Under the pieces are notes generated by a model. The model worked only from the letters and a program-made list of their open reading frames with translations. It did no database searches and was not told the origin of the DNA. Below are positions 1 through 14,951 of a DNA stretch of 64,000 nucleotides, one piece after another. A program made the position numbers and the translations under genes. Every line of letters starts with the position of its first letter. Position 1 is the stretch's first letter. Source of the DNA: Chrysomallon squamiferum (lineage: Eukaryota; Animalia; Mollusca); assembly GCA_012295275.1 (NCBI GenBank), contig CM022665.1, positions 10,044,001-10,108,000 on the forward strand, read 5' to 3'.

Positions 1-392
1 CATATTAATATCTTATTCCTTATACATGTACATAAGGTATATCTAAAATAACCCACATCAATTATGAATGAGATCATGAAAGAAATATTTGTGTTAAAAT
101 CTTAAATGAATAAATTACAACTAATTGTTTTCAATTATTTCACATTTGTTTTCATTTGTTTGTTTGATTATTATTTTTTTTTTTTTTTGTATCTATCCAT
201 CTTTAATTCCTAACATCAAAACTGGATAAATAAAAGACTATAAAAACAAAGAGATTACAAAATAACAAAAGGTTAGTAGTTAAGTAGATTCTTAACTAGG
301 TAAGTATACAGGTATTTAAATAAATAGTTGATAGACAGATAGACACAGAGAGACTGGCAGATAAATACATATTGATTAAAATACAAATTTAC

Positions 393-474
393 CTTAGTAT
401 TAATCATATCACTGGGTGGAAGTGTGGGTTTGGTAAGAAGATCGTTGTCATCTATGTTTAATGATGCAATTTTC
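393..474 (-). CDS. Coding exon of left gene (KIASLNIDDNDLLTKPTLPPSDMINTK)
   Basis: 82 nt; acceptor TTTCAG|G, donor AAG|GTAAAT; phase 2 in, phase 0 out; open frame. Confidence 0.75.
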
Positions 475-3151
475 CTGAAAGTAAATTTTTATTATAGTAT
501 TAATTTAAACACTAAGCTAAACATTAAAAATTATCATTTAAATAAATTAATGTTTAATGAACTCATGTTTAATTATTATGTTAATATTTATTTCATCTGT
601 TAGACAGATAATGATGGAGAAGAATAAGACATACAATGGGCTATTTGTACTGATTAGAAGCAAGGGATCCTTTATATATATTTTCATGTGTCAGAAATAC
701 AAAAATGTTTGTTTTACTTTCTGATGACAATTTTTCATAAACTTTATAAGACAAACAAAAAAATTAAATATGTTAGCACTATAATTATTTTTTAACACCG
801 CTTGCAAAGTGGACTCATTCTGTATAGGTTTTTTTCAAACAGTTTTGTGAGATTTATTTCTATTTTATTTTTCTGCAATGAAATTTTTTAAAAGCAGAAA
901 CAAGATTTAATTTTAAACATATATTTTTTTTTTTACAAATGGTGGATTATCCTTGTAAAAGAATGTAAAGTGGGTATATAGGAGGGAAAGGTCATTTTTC
1001 ATTCTAGTCATTATGATAACTTCAATGTTTATAAAGGTTGTATAAACATGATTAGTACTTTTAAAAATGAAAGATGAGTTTCAATTAATAGACTGTTTAC
1101 AAAGAGAAATGGAGCAAGCAGATGTAAATAACAAATTTTTAACAAAAAATGTACAAGAGGAAACATTTTTTAATTATTATTTATCTATAAATTAACTAAT
1201 TAATTTAATTTATTTATTTATTTATTTTTTTTGTTTTTATGTGTGTGTGTTTTTCTGAAAGTTAACATGACATAATTATTGTAATGATATTTTTTATCTC
1301 ACAGCTGGAGAAGGCTGTACATCAATTGAAGAATGCTTTTTCAAATGAAAAACAACAGTTTGCAGGATCAGTTTTCTCAGGTGCTTAAGTTAAACTATTT
1401 CCCATTCCAGCTATTCTTATGAACATTGGTCTTGGTAAATGCTTTCCTGGTACTTTCATTCAGAAAGAATATCTCTTATTAAAACAGCAAATGTGTTTTC
1501 TTTTTCATTACCATGTAATAACATACCTGACATTTTACAATCTTTACTGTAAAAATGTGTTTTGATATTGTTAATCATTTATTTATTTGCTAAGTCTTAA
1601 AATTTAAAATGTTATTTCTTTATCTGTGTCTTTAAATATTATAAAAATGCAGCATTGACCATTTTATGAATAATGTAAATTTCAATGTAAATGAGTATTT
1701 CTATCTTTTTTTTATATACAATATATCGCTTTAAAACATGTTCTGCTTTTAAAAAAAGACTTACTTTAAAAACTATTTTTATGATTTTATAATAAATTAA
1801 TAAAAAAAACAAAAATAATTTCCTAAATATTTATGGATTAAAACAAATATCTGTAAAAAATAAAAATGCTAATAATAAAAAAATACAGAAATAATAAAAT
1901 TATTCACATGAAGACATATACAAACAAATTCTAACATATATATAAAATAAAGTTTTTTTTTAATTTTAAAACAAATTTCAACTAAACTTACTTAAAAGGA
2001 CCCCAGTAATTAGTGATGTCACTTTTTAGGTTTTCACAGTACTCTTGCTCTGGTTCAAAAAAGTCGTCCTCAAAAAGTAAACTAGGATCTAAAAATAAAA
2101 AGATGTAATTTCAGGATCTGTGTTCATACTCCACAGTTGATCTTTGTCAATACATTTTTCCCACCTCCACTTGCAAGTCAAGTATTTAACAAGCAAAAAA
2201 GGCAAATAATCACAATTTTCTTTGATGTTCCTCAGTGACCCTGGAAATGAAGGTGTGACATTGTGCTGATAGCAATGCTAGAATTATGTTTAATGAAGAG
2301 TAATCCAGACCATGCCAAAAAGGTGATTAATCATTAGAAGAAAAAGTTAATACCATAAATGCTTTTGCTTAAGGAAAAAAAAGTTATAAAGAAAGAGAGT
2401 GTTTCTTTAATGATCATCACTTCTTAATGGAGCCTGACCTTTTTAAAATCCTTAGGTTCATTCTTTGTATATCTGTATTATACCCATCTTTGTTTGCCCA
2501 TACAATACCCATCCTTTGTATAATCTATCTTGACATGTGATTATATCTAAAATTCCTTAAAAATATATATCATACAATCTACTATCAGAACATTCCAGAG
2601 AGTCTTAACACAAGCATCAAAACAATCTAAATATGATCTGAAAATATTTTATATTTTTGTTATAATATTGTGAAATATTTAACACAAGCTAACAGTCAGA
2701 ATACAGAATCTTTTAAAGAAAAAAAAAACTATGAAACTTTTTAATTTATTTTTTCTTCTGTAGATAAAAACTTAATAATGAATTTTTGCTTCTGTTTATC
2801 ATTAGAGTCTGTGAGTACATCATTAATCATGTATGTGAGTGTATGTGTGTGTGCACATGTGTATATTTTTATGTTTGAATTAACAAAATGACATTACAAT
2901 AGTCAGTTAATATATCTACAGTTAATTACTTGAGTACAGTTAATTTATGCTGAAAGTTCTCTGAAATGTAATAAATTTATTATTTTTATAAAAATACTAA
3001 CAATTAAATTAATTTTATTTATTTAAATATCGTTATTAATATATTAATATCCTCATTATTAATATTCTCATTATTATTATTACTGTTATTATTATTATTG
3101 TTATTATTAACATTATTAACATTATCATTATTTATTATTATTATTATGATT

Positions 3152-3185
<34 letters not shown>

Positions 3186-3998
3186 TTTATTTTATTTTTT
3201 AATATTTTGTTTTATTTAATTGTTGTTTTAGTTATTTTTCCAAACTGGGCTTTTAGTGACCCTTAATAGTTATTCTAATTATTTAATTTTATTTATATGC
3301 ATTCACCACCCTCCCACCCACCCCACACAAAACATTTACTTTTGAAACAATACAAACAGAAATAATGATTATTATTCTTTTCTGAACTACTGATTCTGCT
3401 GTATTTAATCATTTCACTTTAACAATTATATTTTCAGTAAACAATATAATAATTCTGTAGCATTAAGGTATTTTTCATATCGTTATTATATCGAAAGTTT
3501 TATAATTTTCTTACCTTTATCTTTGAATGCTATGTCTGAACACTGTTGTGACTGTGATGACAAGATCTGACTTTGTGAATGCACAGCATCTGGTGACTCA
3601 TCTGCAGACTTGACTGAAGAAACTATCATGCGGTATGTTTGACATTGAAACACTTGGGTAGTGAAAGCAATGACTTGATTTAATCTGACTTGTTTGGCAC
3701 ACAACTAAAAATATTTAAAAAAAATTAAAATCACCATTTTATATTTCTGAATATAATTGTTCTGAATGTTTATGATTTAATATTAATGTCAACAGCAATG
3801 GTCTTTCTACAAATGGAAGTGTCACAATATTAATTTTTCTATTAACAGAATTTAATATTGTGTCATTAGCATTATCTTTAGTAATTAATATCAAAGTGTG
3901 TGTTTTGTTTTGAGAAGAAAAATATAATTTATTAATAAATAATAAAAATGTAACACCCTTATTTTTTCTTGATTTCATTATTATTATTATAATTATAA

Positions 3999-4034
<36 letters not shown>

Positions 4035-7000
4035 ATTTTAATGCTCAAATTAAGGAGAACATTTTTCTACCTCACATGATTTTATAAAATACCCATTTAA
4101 TTTTAATGTTACTCTCAACATTAAAGTCTTTTTTACCATTTTTTTCTTTTTTCCTAACAGTATTTAATATTAATTTCAACTGTGTTTGTTTTTAAAGACA
4201 GGGCAACAATATTATTGTCATCATTATTTTTGCTTTTTTTAAAAAAAGCATTTAAAATCACCATTATGAATGAGAAATAAAATTAACTGAAATATTAGAC
4301 ATGTATAAAGTCTGTAAACTCTATTTTACTGAATAACTATATGAATATAATTTTGAAGGTATGTGAACCATAGCATGGCCCCAATCAGTATAATAGATCA
4401 AAAATAAACACCAGCTGAGACTATGTTATGGAACCATAAATTATTGAGTGTCAAAATGAACATTGAATGATTTTAGCCCATAAAAAAATTAATTCAACAA
4501 GAAAATACAAAAGTAAAACATTACTGCAAAATACTTTTTTACTTTGTATCCAAGTGAAGAACTAAAGAAGAGTAATTCAGTACTCTAAAGAGTCTAATGT
4601 AAATTTCTTTTTTCTTTTTTTTAAAATTAATTTTATAAATCTAAATGTTTTTTCAACCATTTGAATGGAAACTGTAAATTTGTTAAAATTATCTGATATC
4701 TACTTTTACCAGGTGTTAAAATAAAATGAATTTTTATTGCCAGTAAAACAGATATTTTACTTGAATTAAATAAAGTGTTTTACTAATATATTTGCAAATT
4801 ATTATAAAAATACATTCAGAATAGTTTGCTTCTATCTTCATCTGTTCCACTTTAGTCTGAATTGTTAATTTATTAGCTGTCTTTTGCAAACATATATTAA
4901 ACATCCACATTTTTTATTACAAGTTTATAATATGTAGCATGGTATACACTCATTCTAACTGCAGTGGTTTATTTCAAATAACCATTTGCTTTATTTAAAA
5001 TGTCACTGAAGTAACCTTCTGCATGATGTCTAACTAAAATAAAACTGATGTTCTGCTGTATTTATTATTTGTGATTTGTGAACTGGAAGACATCACCTAA
5101 CTCTATGTTTCTACCAGTTCACTGACTGGGATAATAACAGGTAATATGGTTGAATACAAGCATCACTAAAACTGCCACAGACCATTGCCATTTGTAAAAT
5201 AGGTCATCATAATTCTTTAAAATATCTTAATAATTGTAAAATAGATCATTTCTGTGGTAAAATATACCTAATTATCAGTTATTGTCAAAAATATTGTAAC
5301 CATTTTAAAACAATTACATTTATTTGTTACTGTATAAATTAAAACTATTTATCATCATATTTGTAAAAGGTAATCATGGTATTTCTAAAGCAGATCACCA
5401 TCACTGAAGATAATTAAGTCTAAAACTGATATTCAAAATTATATAATGAATTATTCCTGTGGAAAAAACTATTATTAAAATGTAAAATAAATTAAAAGCA
5501 TTGTGAAATTATCATCACTATTGTAAAATATAACACCAAAATTTGTACTAGGCTATTTATGTTTATATACTAACAGTTTTCTACAATACAATACAATTTT
5601 TTCTTTGTGTCATTGTGACATAATTACTAATATAAAAAACCAAACCGTGTTTAAAATAATTTACATAAATAAAGCCTATATGCCTAATGAAAACATTGGT
5701 TAGAAAGGTCCATGGAAATAACAGAAACAAATAAATCTATCATGTTTATTCTTTCAAATATATGGCAGTCATTTATGGCAATAATTTTATAATATTCTCG
5801 AGGTTTAAGTAGGATTTTTTGTTTTTATTATTTGTTATTGTTATTGGTGTTTTTTAAATGTTTCAAAACTAAATTATATAATTTTTCTTACACAAACATG
5901 AAAAATGAATTTTTCTCAGTTAAATAAGATTTAAGTGCTAAAATAAACATGAATATATGAAATATCAATAATCAGGACAAACTGTCCATTTCTTTAGGTA
6001 TATACATATGAACCTTTCTTAACAACATACTTACATAACATGATAAGAAATTCCATTTTGAAAGCAAGTGGAAATGTATTCACAAGAAACAATAGTAATA
6101 TTTAAATTGAAACAGGTTGTTTGTTATTTCCAGAAAATATTGTTTTGAATGTGTTCTGCTAGAAATGTGTACCAACAAAATACAGATGTTTTTATCTGAA
6201 CATCCTGCATATAACAACTGACTACACAGATACCATTAAGTGTCATTTCTGAAATAACACAATTTTTGTAGAGAACTGACATATACCTATGTTAAATCAA
6301 TGATATACAAACAATGTACAAATCCTCACTATAAAAACTGAAATATGGAAATATATGTCCTTCATTTGGGCATAAGAAAAAAGAAAAGAAAACAGAAAGT
6401 TGGAACTGAAAAACCATGCTAAATATTTTCTAGCAAAATATAACAATGTACATTCTTCAAATATAACATAATTTAATGAAAAACAACAAATAAGAATAAC
6501 AAAAGTAGATTTAGAAATTAAGAGACACTGGCTTACAGCATATATGGTAGAGAGAAAACTCAGGCAAAATCAAAAACATGCCCACAACAGGCATTCCTGA
6601 ATAATCTTGTTAGAAAAGTATGTTAAAATTTAACAACTACATAGTTAAATTTAGATACTGATATGTTACTATCAGTTAATAAACTGTCCTCATAATAAGA
6701 TTCTTTACTCATCTGGTTTATCCTTCTTATTTTTATCATCATCATTCTTAAAAATCAACCATAAAATAATTTATCATCATATATTTTGATATTAATAAAC
6801 AATTTATAAAAAAATTAACTTACAAATCACCAGTACTAGATAACATGTTAGTATACTCTACTAGTTTTTCTGAGTAGTCTATAAGTTTAAAAATCCATTT
6901 TCTGCCATTACTGTTTTTTCACTATCTGTATGTTTGCTGTGTAAATCCTATAACTGAGTGGAAGGCTTGTCATAACAGAACACTGTAATTGGATGCAGGT

Positions 7001-10000
7001 AGAGAAAAAGGCTGGGGATTTGGTCCCAGAGCTATAGCAACAAAGCACAGCTTTACCTAGTTCACAGAGATAAAATCAAAACTAAAAAAAGAACTGAAAG
7101 AAGAGGTGGGGAAGAATATAATCTCCATATGAATGAAAGACATCACCTTTTTGGTTTGTATATATGTTTGCATGAAACCACTGCAGTTGTACTACCAGGT
7201 CAGATTCAAGATTTTATGGTATTGCTTTTAATTCCTGAATCCAATCACCAATGTGCATTGAGACATGAATTGTTCCTTTTTATCCCTGGAAATAAGGTGA
7301 TTAGTTCTGTTCTTATAACTGGAGTCAATACAAGGTAATAATGGCAAGGAATTGAAGCTGCAACATATCAGCTTTAGCTCATGCATGCATGGACTTTACC
7401 TGACTGGAACAATAGCCGTGACAATGACTGCAAGCTAAACCAATCTGCTCAAAAACAAACTATGCAATTCAGAAATCATTCACAACCTAAATATTTTATG
7501 TTAATGTTTGTAAGAGGAATTTAAGTCACACTGTGAAAGGCATTATGTGTGAAAGTTATGGATAACGATATACTACTGAAAGGTGTGAAGTTTCAAATTG
7601 ATCTGAATGCAAAAGTAATATTTTAATAAGCCTAAATATTATTTTAGTTCCACTACAATATTTAAAAAACCCAAATAATGATCATTTTAAAATAAATATA
7701 AGACACAAGGGATTTAAAAAAAAATAAGAAGTTTATTATTTATTTTATTTTATTTTATTTTATTTTTGTTTCTTTCTTTATTTGATTATTATTTTTTTTA
7801 TATCTTTTAGTGTATTTTTAACTAAAAACAGTGAAAATTTTAAAAAAGATTATAATTATAATTAAATTTTAAAGTATTCTGTGAGCATTGATAATAATAT
7901 GCCAACTTCCTCTCAAAAACACATATAAACTCTACTGATCCATCATCTTACAGTATTATAAAAAAAATGATCAAAAATTGATTAAATCTTTTCCTGGTAA
8001 TAACTTATTATTACAATGAAGAAATGTTTTTATTTATTTCCTGTATAATTAAAATACAATTATGACAAATCAATATAGCTTTTGATATTTCAACACAGAA
8101 GCCAATTTAATTATGTCTTCTGATAAACAAACATAGAGACCTGAAACTGTTTACACTTATCTAACAAATATTTTAGTTTCTTTCTCTCTCAGTATTAATG
8201 AGGACTTTTTGTGGGAAGGAAAATATTTTAACACCAGCCTTGTTATATCTTAGAAAAAGTAGGGTCTGGTATCAAACCCTAATGTTGACATCTATTTTAA
8301 GTTAATTGGGGAAATTTAAGAATACTAAACACTTGATCTCATCTATTTTTAACTTGTCAATACTAGAAATGTCTTGGGCAGATGATCTAGCATTAAAGCC
8401 TATTTCAAATGATTGACCAATTAAGATATGAAATGTCAGTATATAGTTATGTTAAAATAAGGAAATAAATTACTCTTCATTTACCTAAAGAAAAGAAAGG
8501 GTGTCTGTTTTAAAAAAAACACAAACAAAAAAATCAACCAAAGAAAAATTCATTGTGCATAGGAATTGAATTTTTAAAATTATAAAATAAATATTTGTGG
8601 TAAAATATCCATCATTCTGAGATAAGCAACATTTGCATTTTATACCAAAATGCATGTATAGAAAAAAAGAAGTTTCTTAATATTTTTCTTAGAAAATTAA
8701 AGAAAAACTATTTGTTTAGCAAAATTCACTACACTTTATATTACAAGATTTTAGCATTTAACAACAACAGATTTTAAAAAAAAATGTATTCGATAGATAA
8801 GAATAAACACATATTTGATTTTAATATCTTGATTTGCTGTCATTCTTATTCATTCCTAGTATTTCATATTTGTATTCCACAGATTGGAGACAAAATATAC
8901 CATGTATTTTTATACTAGCTTTTCAGCAAGCAAATACACACACATATATAAAGTTTTTTATACTTTAGTCAAATAATTAAAACAGAAAATAGACAAATAC
9001 TTAACTTAAAAAAAACTCTAGCTTTGCAGATAATGAATATGCATCATATTAGAATGTAAACTGTTAATACTGTTCTAATTTAATAATGATATGAATGATG
9101 AAACCTGCTGCCATTTTAAGGGCTACATATCAGCAGATGACTCAGTATTTTTATGGCCACATGCCAATAACTTGCAACAAATTTGGAAAAACCAGACACA
9201 AGCCATCATATGAAACAGAATCATGAGATCCCCAAGGGTGGAAAGGTTGATTTTGAAAAAAAAATTATTCCGAATCATGTAATTTAGCTGCACACTAAAA
9301 TTGTTTAGTTTTCAATGAAGAAATGTATGAATCAAAAATAATTTGCTTACTTACAAACAAAAATAGAGGCAACCTGACCTGATTATTTAATTATATGACT
9401 GTAATAATTATTACATATGTAATACTCAGAAGTATAAATATAACATTTATGCAAGTCTGAAATATGATGCAAATTCCAGTCAGACTGAGTCACTAAAAAC
9501 CCCTCATTCTCATCTTTAAAGATATTTAATTTGTTCTTAAGTTTCATTTGAAAACTGATTCTCTTTGTCAAAAGATAAAGCCAAAAGCCATGTTACTGCA
9601 TATGAATTCCATGTTAAAGCACTAGTAAATAACTGATAAAAAGACTTATTTCAAAGAACTTCAAACTAATGACAGTTATTTATATATATAAATTGTAAGA
9701 AATGAACTTGATGATGTTTGGAAGTTCTTTTGATTTTCATTCTGGCATGAAAGACAAAAGCTATCTGGTTTATTTCTTACATGATTACAACTGCCATATT
9801 TCACAATCCTAAATAAACTTTGTTATTGCTTGTTATAAAATTTCTTGAGATAAAATACAATAAAGATAGCTAAGTAAATATATTTTCATCTTATGAAATG
9901 AATTATTATATTATTATTAGTAGAAGTATTAGTATTATACAATTCAGGGTATGCATAACAAAGCATACACAATGTTTGTAACTGTAAACTTTTTAAAATA

Positions 10001-10513
10001 AAATATATTAACCTTTTCACTTTTTATTTTTTATATATCCAAACAAAATACCACATACAATTTATTAGAGAACAAAGTTTACTTACTAATAAAATATCTA
10101 TTATCCAAATATGACAGAGAATATATTTCTGTAAAATAACTTTACATACTTACAAAAGTTACAGCTTTATAGCCTCCATTTTCAAAATATAACAAAGTAT
10201 ACATTTCATTAGAATAAACTTTATGTATTTACAATATAATATCCATTATCCAAATAAAATTAAGTTTACTTATTGACAACACTTACCACTTTATGTTTAT
10301 CTTCTCCAAGGTATAAAACAGCATAAATTTCCTCAAAGGTAACATTGTTGTAATACTTTTTTACTTCTTTGCCTACTTCACTGCCACTACCCAGATCTGT
10401 TTTCTTGAAAAATTTGGGCACAATAGAATCAAGTGACCATCTTCGGCTTTTTGGGAGTTCTTTTGCCTCTTCTTGACTCATCACATTGTTACCATTCTGT
10501 GAATTATAACAAG

Positions 10514-10569
<56 letters not shown>

Positions 10570-13500
10570 ACAAATGCTACTTAACTGCAACAAATACATT
10601 TTGTAATTAATGAACTGAGAATAATTTCTTCACATTCATCTGGCATGAAATGTAAATTTAAATGTCACACAAGCTCTGTTCAACTTCCAATCAAAGTTTC
10701 ATGCCATACAAAAAAAAAAATTAGATAAATAGGTAGTATACCTTATTGTAAATCTTTAAAAATATTCTTATATATTAACATTTTCATATAAAAATGTGAA
10801 GTTGTATATATTATACATATATAAACACCTTCAAACATTTATTTATATACATATAAACAAATGTTTGAAAATATTCTTTCTTCTAAGTTAAAAACCAATA
10901 AAATGTCCAATCTATCAGTCTTGAAGATTGCCTACTTAAAGCAATTGTTTATATATATATATAAATCCAGTGTATTAATATGAACCAAAAGTAAATTTTG
11001 TATTATTACTACCTAAACTATTTCACCAGATTCTTTCTGTAAGCAAGATATTTATAACATTGCATGTTATCCATATATCTCAGGTTACATACAGTTTTAA
11101 AACTTGCCATTGAAACTTTTGTCTCTTAGTCACACAAGAATGATTTATATTGTAAACTCTATGTAATTTGATACTGCTTCTATGCAGTCAGCAGATATGT
11201 GATAGCTAAAATATAGCAGGTGCTACAATTCTGTTCTCTATTTGCCTCTGTATATTTTAAAACTTTGTATTATTATTATTATTTTTTATGTCACTAATTT
11301 TAAACGTTTTAATTCCCTATCTGTAAAGATGGCTATATATACCTTGTACGTTTCATAAATAATTCATCCCACGAATCATTTGACAAATGTAAATTGATAT
11401 ACATACTAAACTGAAACTGAGTTAAATTAAATTTACTGATGCTACGTTTATTTAATTTAAAAAAATAAAAATAAAAAATAAAAATTAGAATAGAAGAAAA
11501 AAAAGAAAAGAAAAGAAAAGAAACATTAATATTTTATATAATTTACGATCACAACACCATTTCAAATCTTAAGTGAATACCGCGCTTTATGAACTCTTTA
11601 ACTTGCAATGCGTTTTTACTTTTCACTGTACACTTCTCGTACGAAACGTCTTTTACTATCTTGTCGTAATTACTTTCTCTGATGTCCGATATATTAAAAT
11701 TCACAGTTTAATCGATTATCATCATCAGGCTTTTTTTCTTTTGTATTTATAATTCAGTCGTTTGTTAGTATCAAGTAATATTTAACCCTTTGACACAAAA
11801 TATTGTTTATTAATGAAATGTAAATATAATGAATTTGGCCTACATTGCTTTTCCCTCTTTCGGTGATTTTACATGGAATCAAACCATCGAAAAAATCTAA
11901 CACAAGCCCTTAAGAAGTTCGAGTCAGTTTGTCGTTTTTTTTTTATGGGTTTTTTGTCGTTTGTTTAAAATTGTTATTTCGTTATTTAAAAAGAAAAGTA
12001 AAAACCAACATTTTAACAAAAATTATTGTTATATATATATATGTACATATTTTATTTATTTGTTTGTTTGAGTATCTATTTTTCTTCTTCTATATCTAAT
12101 TTATATTTTTGCAAGGTGCCAGTACATTTATATAAAGGAAAAAGAAACATTGTCGCTGCTACTCTGCTTAGGGGCGTAGCTAACGTTAAGGATCGTTTAG
12201 CAGTTGCACTAGTTATTGGTAAGGTAAGAAAAATGTGGTACAAAGTGGACAGGTTAGGATAAAAACGTACACACGTCATTGGCCATCGTGCATTTAAGTA
12301 CATTGTTGATGGTCAGTTTCTCGACAGTTGAATTTGCCTTTTCCTACTGCTCATTATTTCTTTGTACATGTCTTTGAATGAAAGAAACTCTTGAATGATT
12401 TCAGTTTTGACTGCCAGTGACGTACGAGAACGTTTCTTATTTGTTGAAATTATCTAAAACGCTAAATATAAAATGCTCAAAGTACTCAAAAAAGTTTCGT
12501 CAAATAAAGTAATGACTACAGAAAGTTCTTCTATGGCCATGCAATTAAAATAAATAAATAAATAAATTTAAAAATCGACTTTTATCGCACAAATGAACTA
12601 GTGTTAAAATAAATTGTTGAACAAGCGCCAATTTTGAAAAATATGCACCCCTATTTAGCTACGCCACTGACACTGCTGCTACTAGTACCAGTACTATAAG
12701 TGTTATTTCTATCTATTCCTACTGCTTCTTCTACCACCACAACTACTATTACTATTAGTATTAGCATTACGTTATCATCATCATTATCAATATTATTATT
12801 ATTATAATATGAGAATAAAATTTAATAACAATAAAGTTAGTTATAAAAATTCTGTTTTCACGCTTTTATTTTATTTTTATGCGCAGTTGAACGTTTGTGT
12901 TTAAAGAAACTCAAGATTAGTTAGTTCAGTTTCAAAATGTTCGTTTTGTCATTTAATATATCAGTCTGCGAGCAATCTTAATTTTTTTTTTTTTTTTTTC
13001 ACCTACAAAATACCATCAATGTTACAAATTGTATTTCTCAAGCAATAGTGAGGGTACAGCCCAAGGGTAGTAATTTCATGAATGGGTTGCCTGCTGTTTG
13101 CATTATTCATCAGGGTGGTTCTAACAAACATTAAAATAGACAAACGTGTTCGGGTATATCTGTGTTTTTATGTTCTGTTAAATATCTTTATAACAAGCGA
13201 ATACGACCTACTGGATGGGGTTTTGTGTATACTGAGAATTACTGTGTATTGGAGCATCACTGCGTAGTAAAGAGGTATGAACAGTCGATTGTGTGTCAGT
13301 CTACTCGACTATGAAGTCACTGTAGCAGCAGTTCTCGTTAGTGATTGCCAACGTCAACAACATAATTTCTGTGTCTATGAAATCTATTGTTAAATGCATC
13401 ACCTCGTAGCCCACCCTCCGAGCTGACCGTTTCACTCGGTTTCCCACCTCACAAAAGAGCTTGCACTTTTCTACATGTCTACTCATTGCAGATTTGCTCC

Positions 13501-14899
13501 TTAGTTTTTCTTTTATTCTTTTTCTTATTTATATTACCTTTGGTAATACGATTAAATGATATAAATATTTTTTGTATGTTTTTATAAGTTATCATTTTCT
13601 GTCTAAATTTTTTCTTCTTTTTTTTTTTTTTTTTCTTTTTCTGGTGACTGCTTATTGCTAATATAATAATGCATGATATAATAAATCTACAAGACTGAAG
13701 ATGAATGGAGGCAAACTTTTCTTTTTTGTCATACAGAGAAACGATAGCCTCAGTTAATCACTACAAAATTTGCATATCTTCTGCCTACCCGAAATTTTAA
13801 TGCCGGTTTTCTAAATTTTAACGAATTATGTTGAGAGATATGTTAGTTGTTAACATAAAATTATGTTAGTTACTCGGGTGCTCCTAGCGTGTCTTCATAT
13901 GCGAGTTCGATGCTCGTCTGTTTAATGTTCCACGTTTACCTGTTTGATCGCTAACATGTGTGCGATCCTAAGTCATTTTGGCGACTAGTGATAAGGGATT
14001 GGCTCCTGCTTCTCGGTTGTCGCCCAAGACACTAGATGTTTTGTGTTTTTTAAAGTCATACTTCTCGAGTATCGAGTAATGAATCAGAACTTCTCAAAAG
14101 TTGCAAAACATATGATGTACATTTTGGATAATAAACGTAATTTCCTTGTTTCCTTTTTATAAAATTCGCATCCACATTTCTTCTTTGTTTTTTAATGCAC
14201 GTACATTTCTTATAAACCTTTTGTACCCATTTTAAGTTCTATAAAATTTCATTTCACGATTTTTTCTGGAAACAGGTAGGAAAAGGAGGATAATGAATAA
14301 TGTCAGATGAGTGTCAAATAATAAATAAAATGTGTATGTATAGAGAAAACAGTGTCCACAAAACCACACACAAACACACACGAAAAAAAAAACAAGGAAA
14401 AAAAACAAGAATAACATTTTAGAAAAATAAATTGAAAGTATGTTTAATAACAAGTAATTAGTTATTGATAACTAAATTCTGTAACAAAATAATAGAAATT
14501 GTTTTATTCTTAGTGCATTAAATGTTGCTTAAGATTCGACAATGGAATCGCTTTAACATATAATTATCACATGAATGACATTTTTACACATTTAATGATA
14601 ACATCATATGTCTTTAAATTTAACAACTTTCGTAATTTTTTTTTTTAAATATTTATTTATTATTATATTTTTTACCACAAAAAAAGAAAAAAAATACCTG
14701 ATTAAATATGGTTGTTTATATATAAAGAATATGCGCTATAAGAAGGTATGTAATATTTATTATTATAGTTAAGTTTTATTATTTATGTTTTTCACTGATT
14801 GGTGGGCTTTGGTGGTACTGTTATTTATATATGTGTGCGTGTTTGTTTGCATGGATGTCTTTCCTTCTCTTTATCAAGACTACTATGACTACGGGGGCG

Positions 14900-14951
<52 letters not shown>

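Noticed and set aside
6824-7490. Possible extra exons of the left gene and plus-strand ORF 7129-7338
   Set aside because: The AG/GT pairs tested gave in-frame stops or incompatible phases, and the ORF has no recognisable motif
9383-9571. 62-aa minus-strand ORF inside the intron
   Set aside because: No usable splice sites in frame and no recognisable motif
10830-10869. 40-bp imperfect hairpin TTCAAACATTT...AAATGTTTGAA
   Set aside because: Short and very AT-rich; unremarkable in this composition
11546-11705. ~50-codon open minus frame (FNISDIRESNYDKIVKD...)
   Set aside because: Bounded by stops with no early ATG and only a weak, phase-incompatible donor; more likely UTR or promoter sequence
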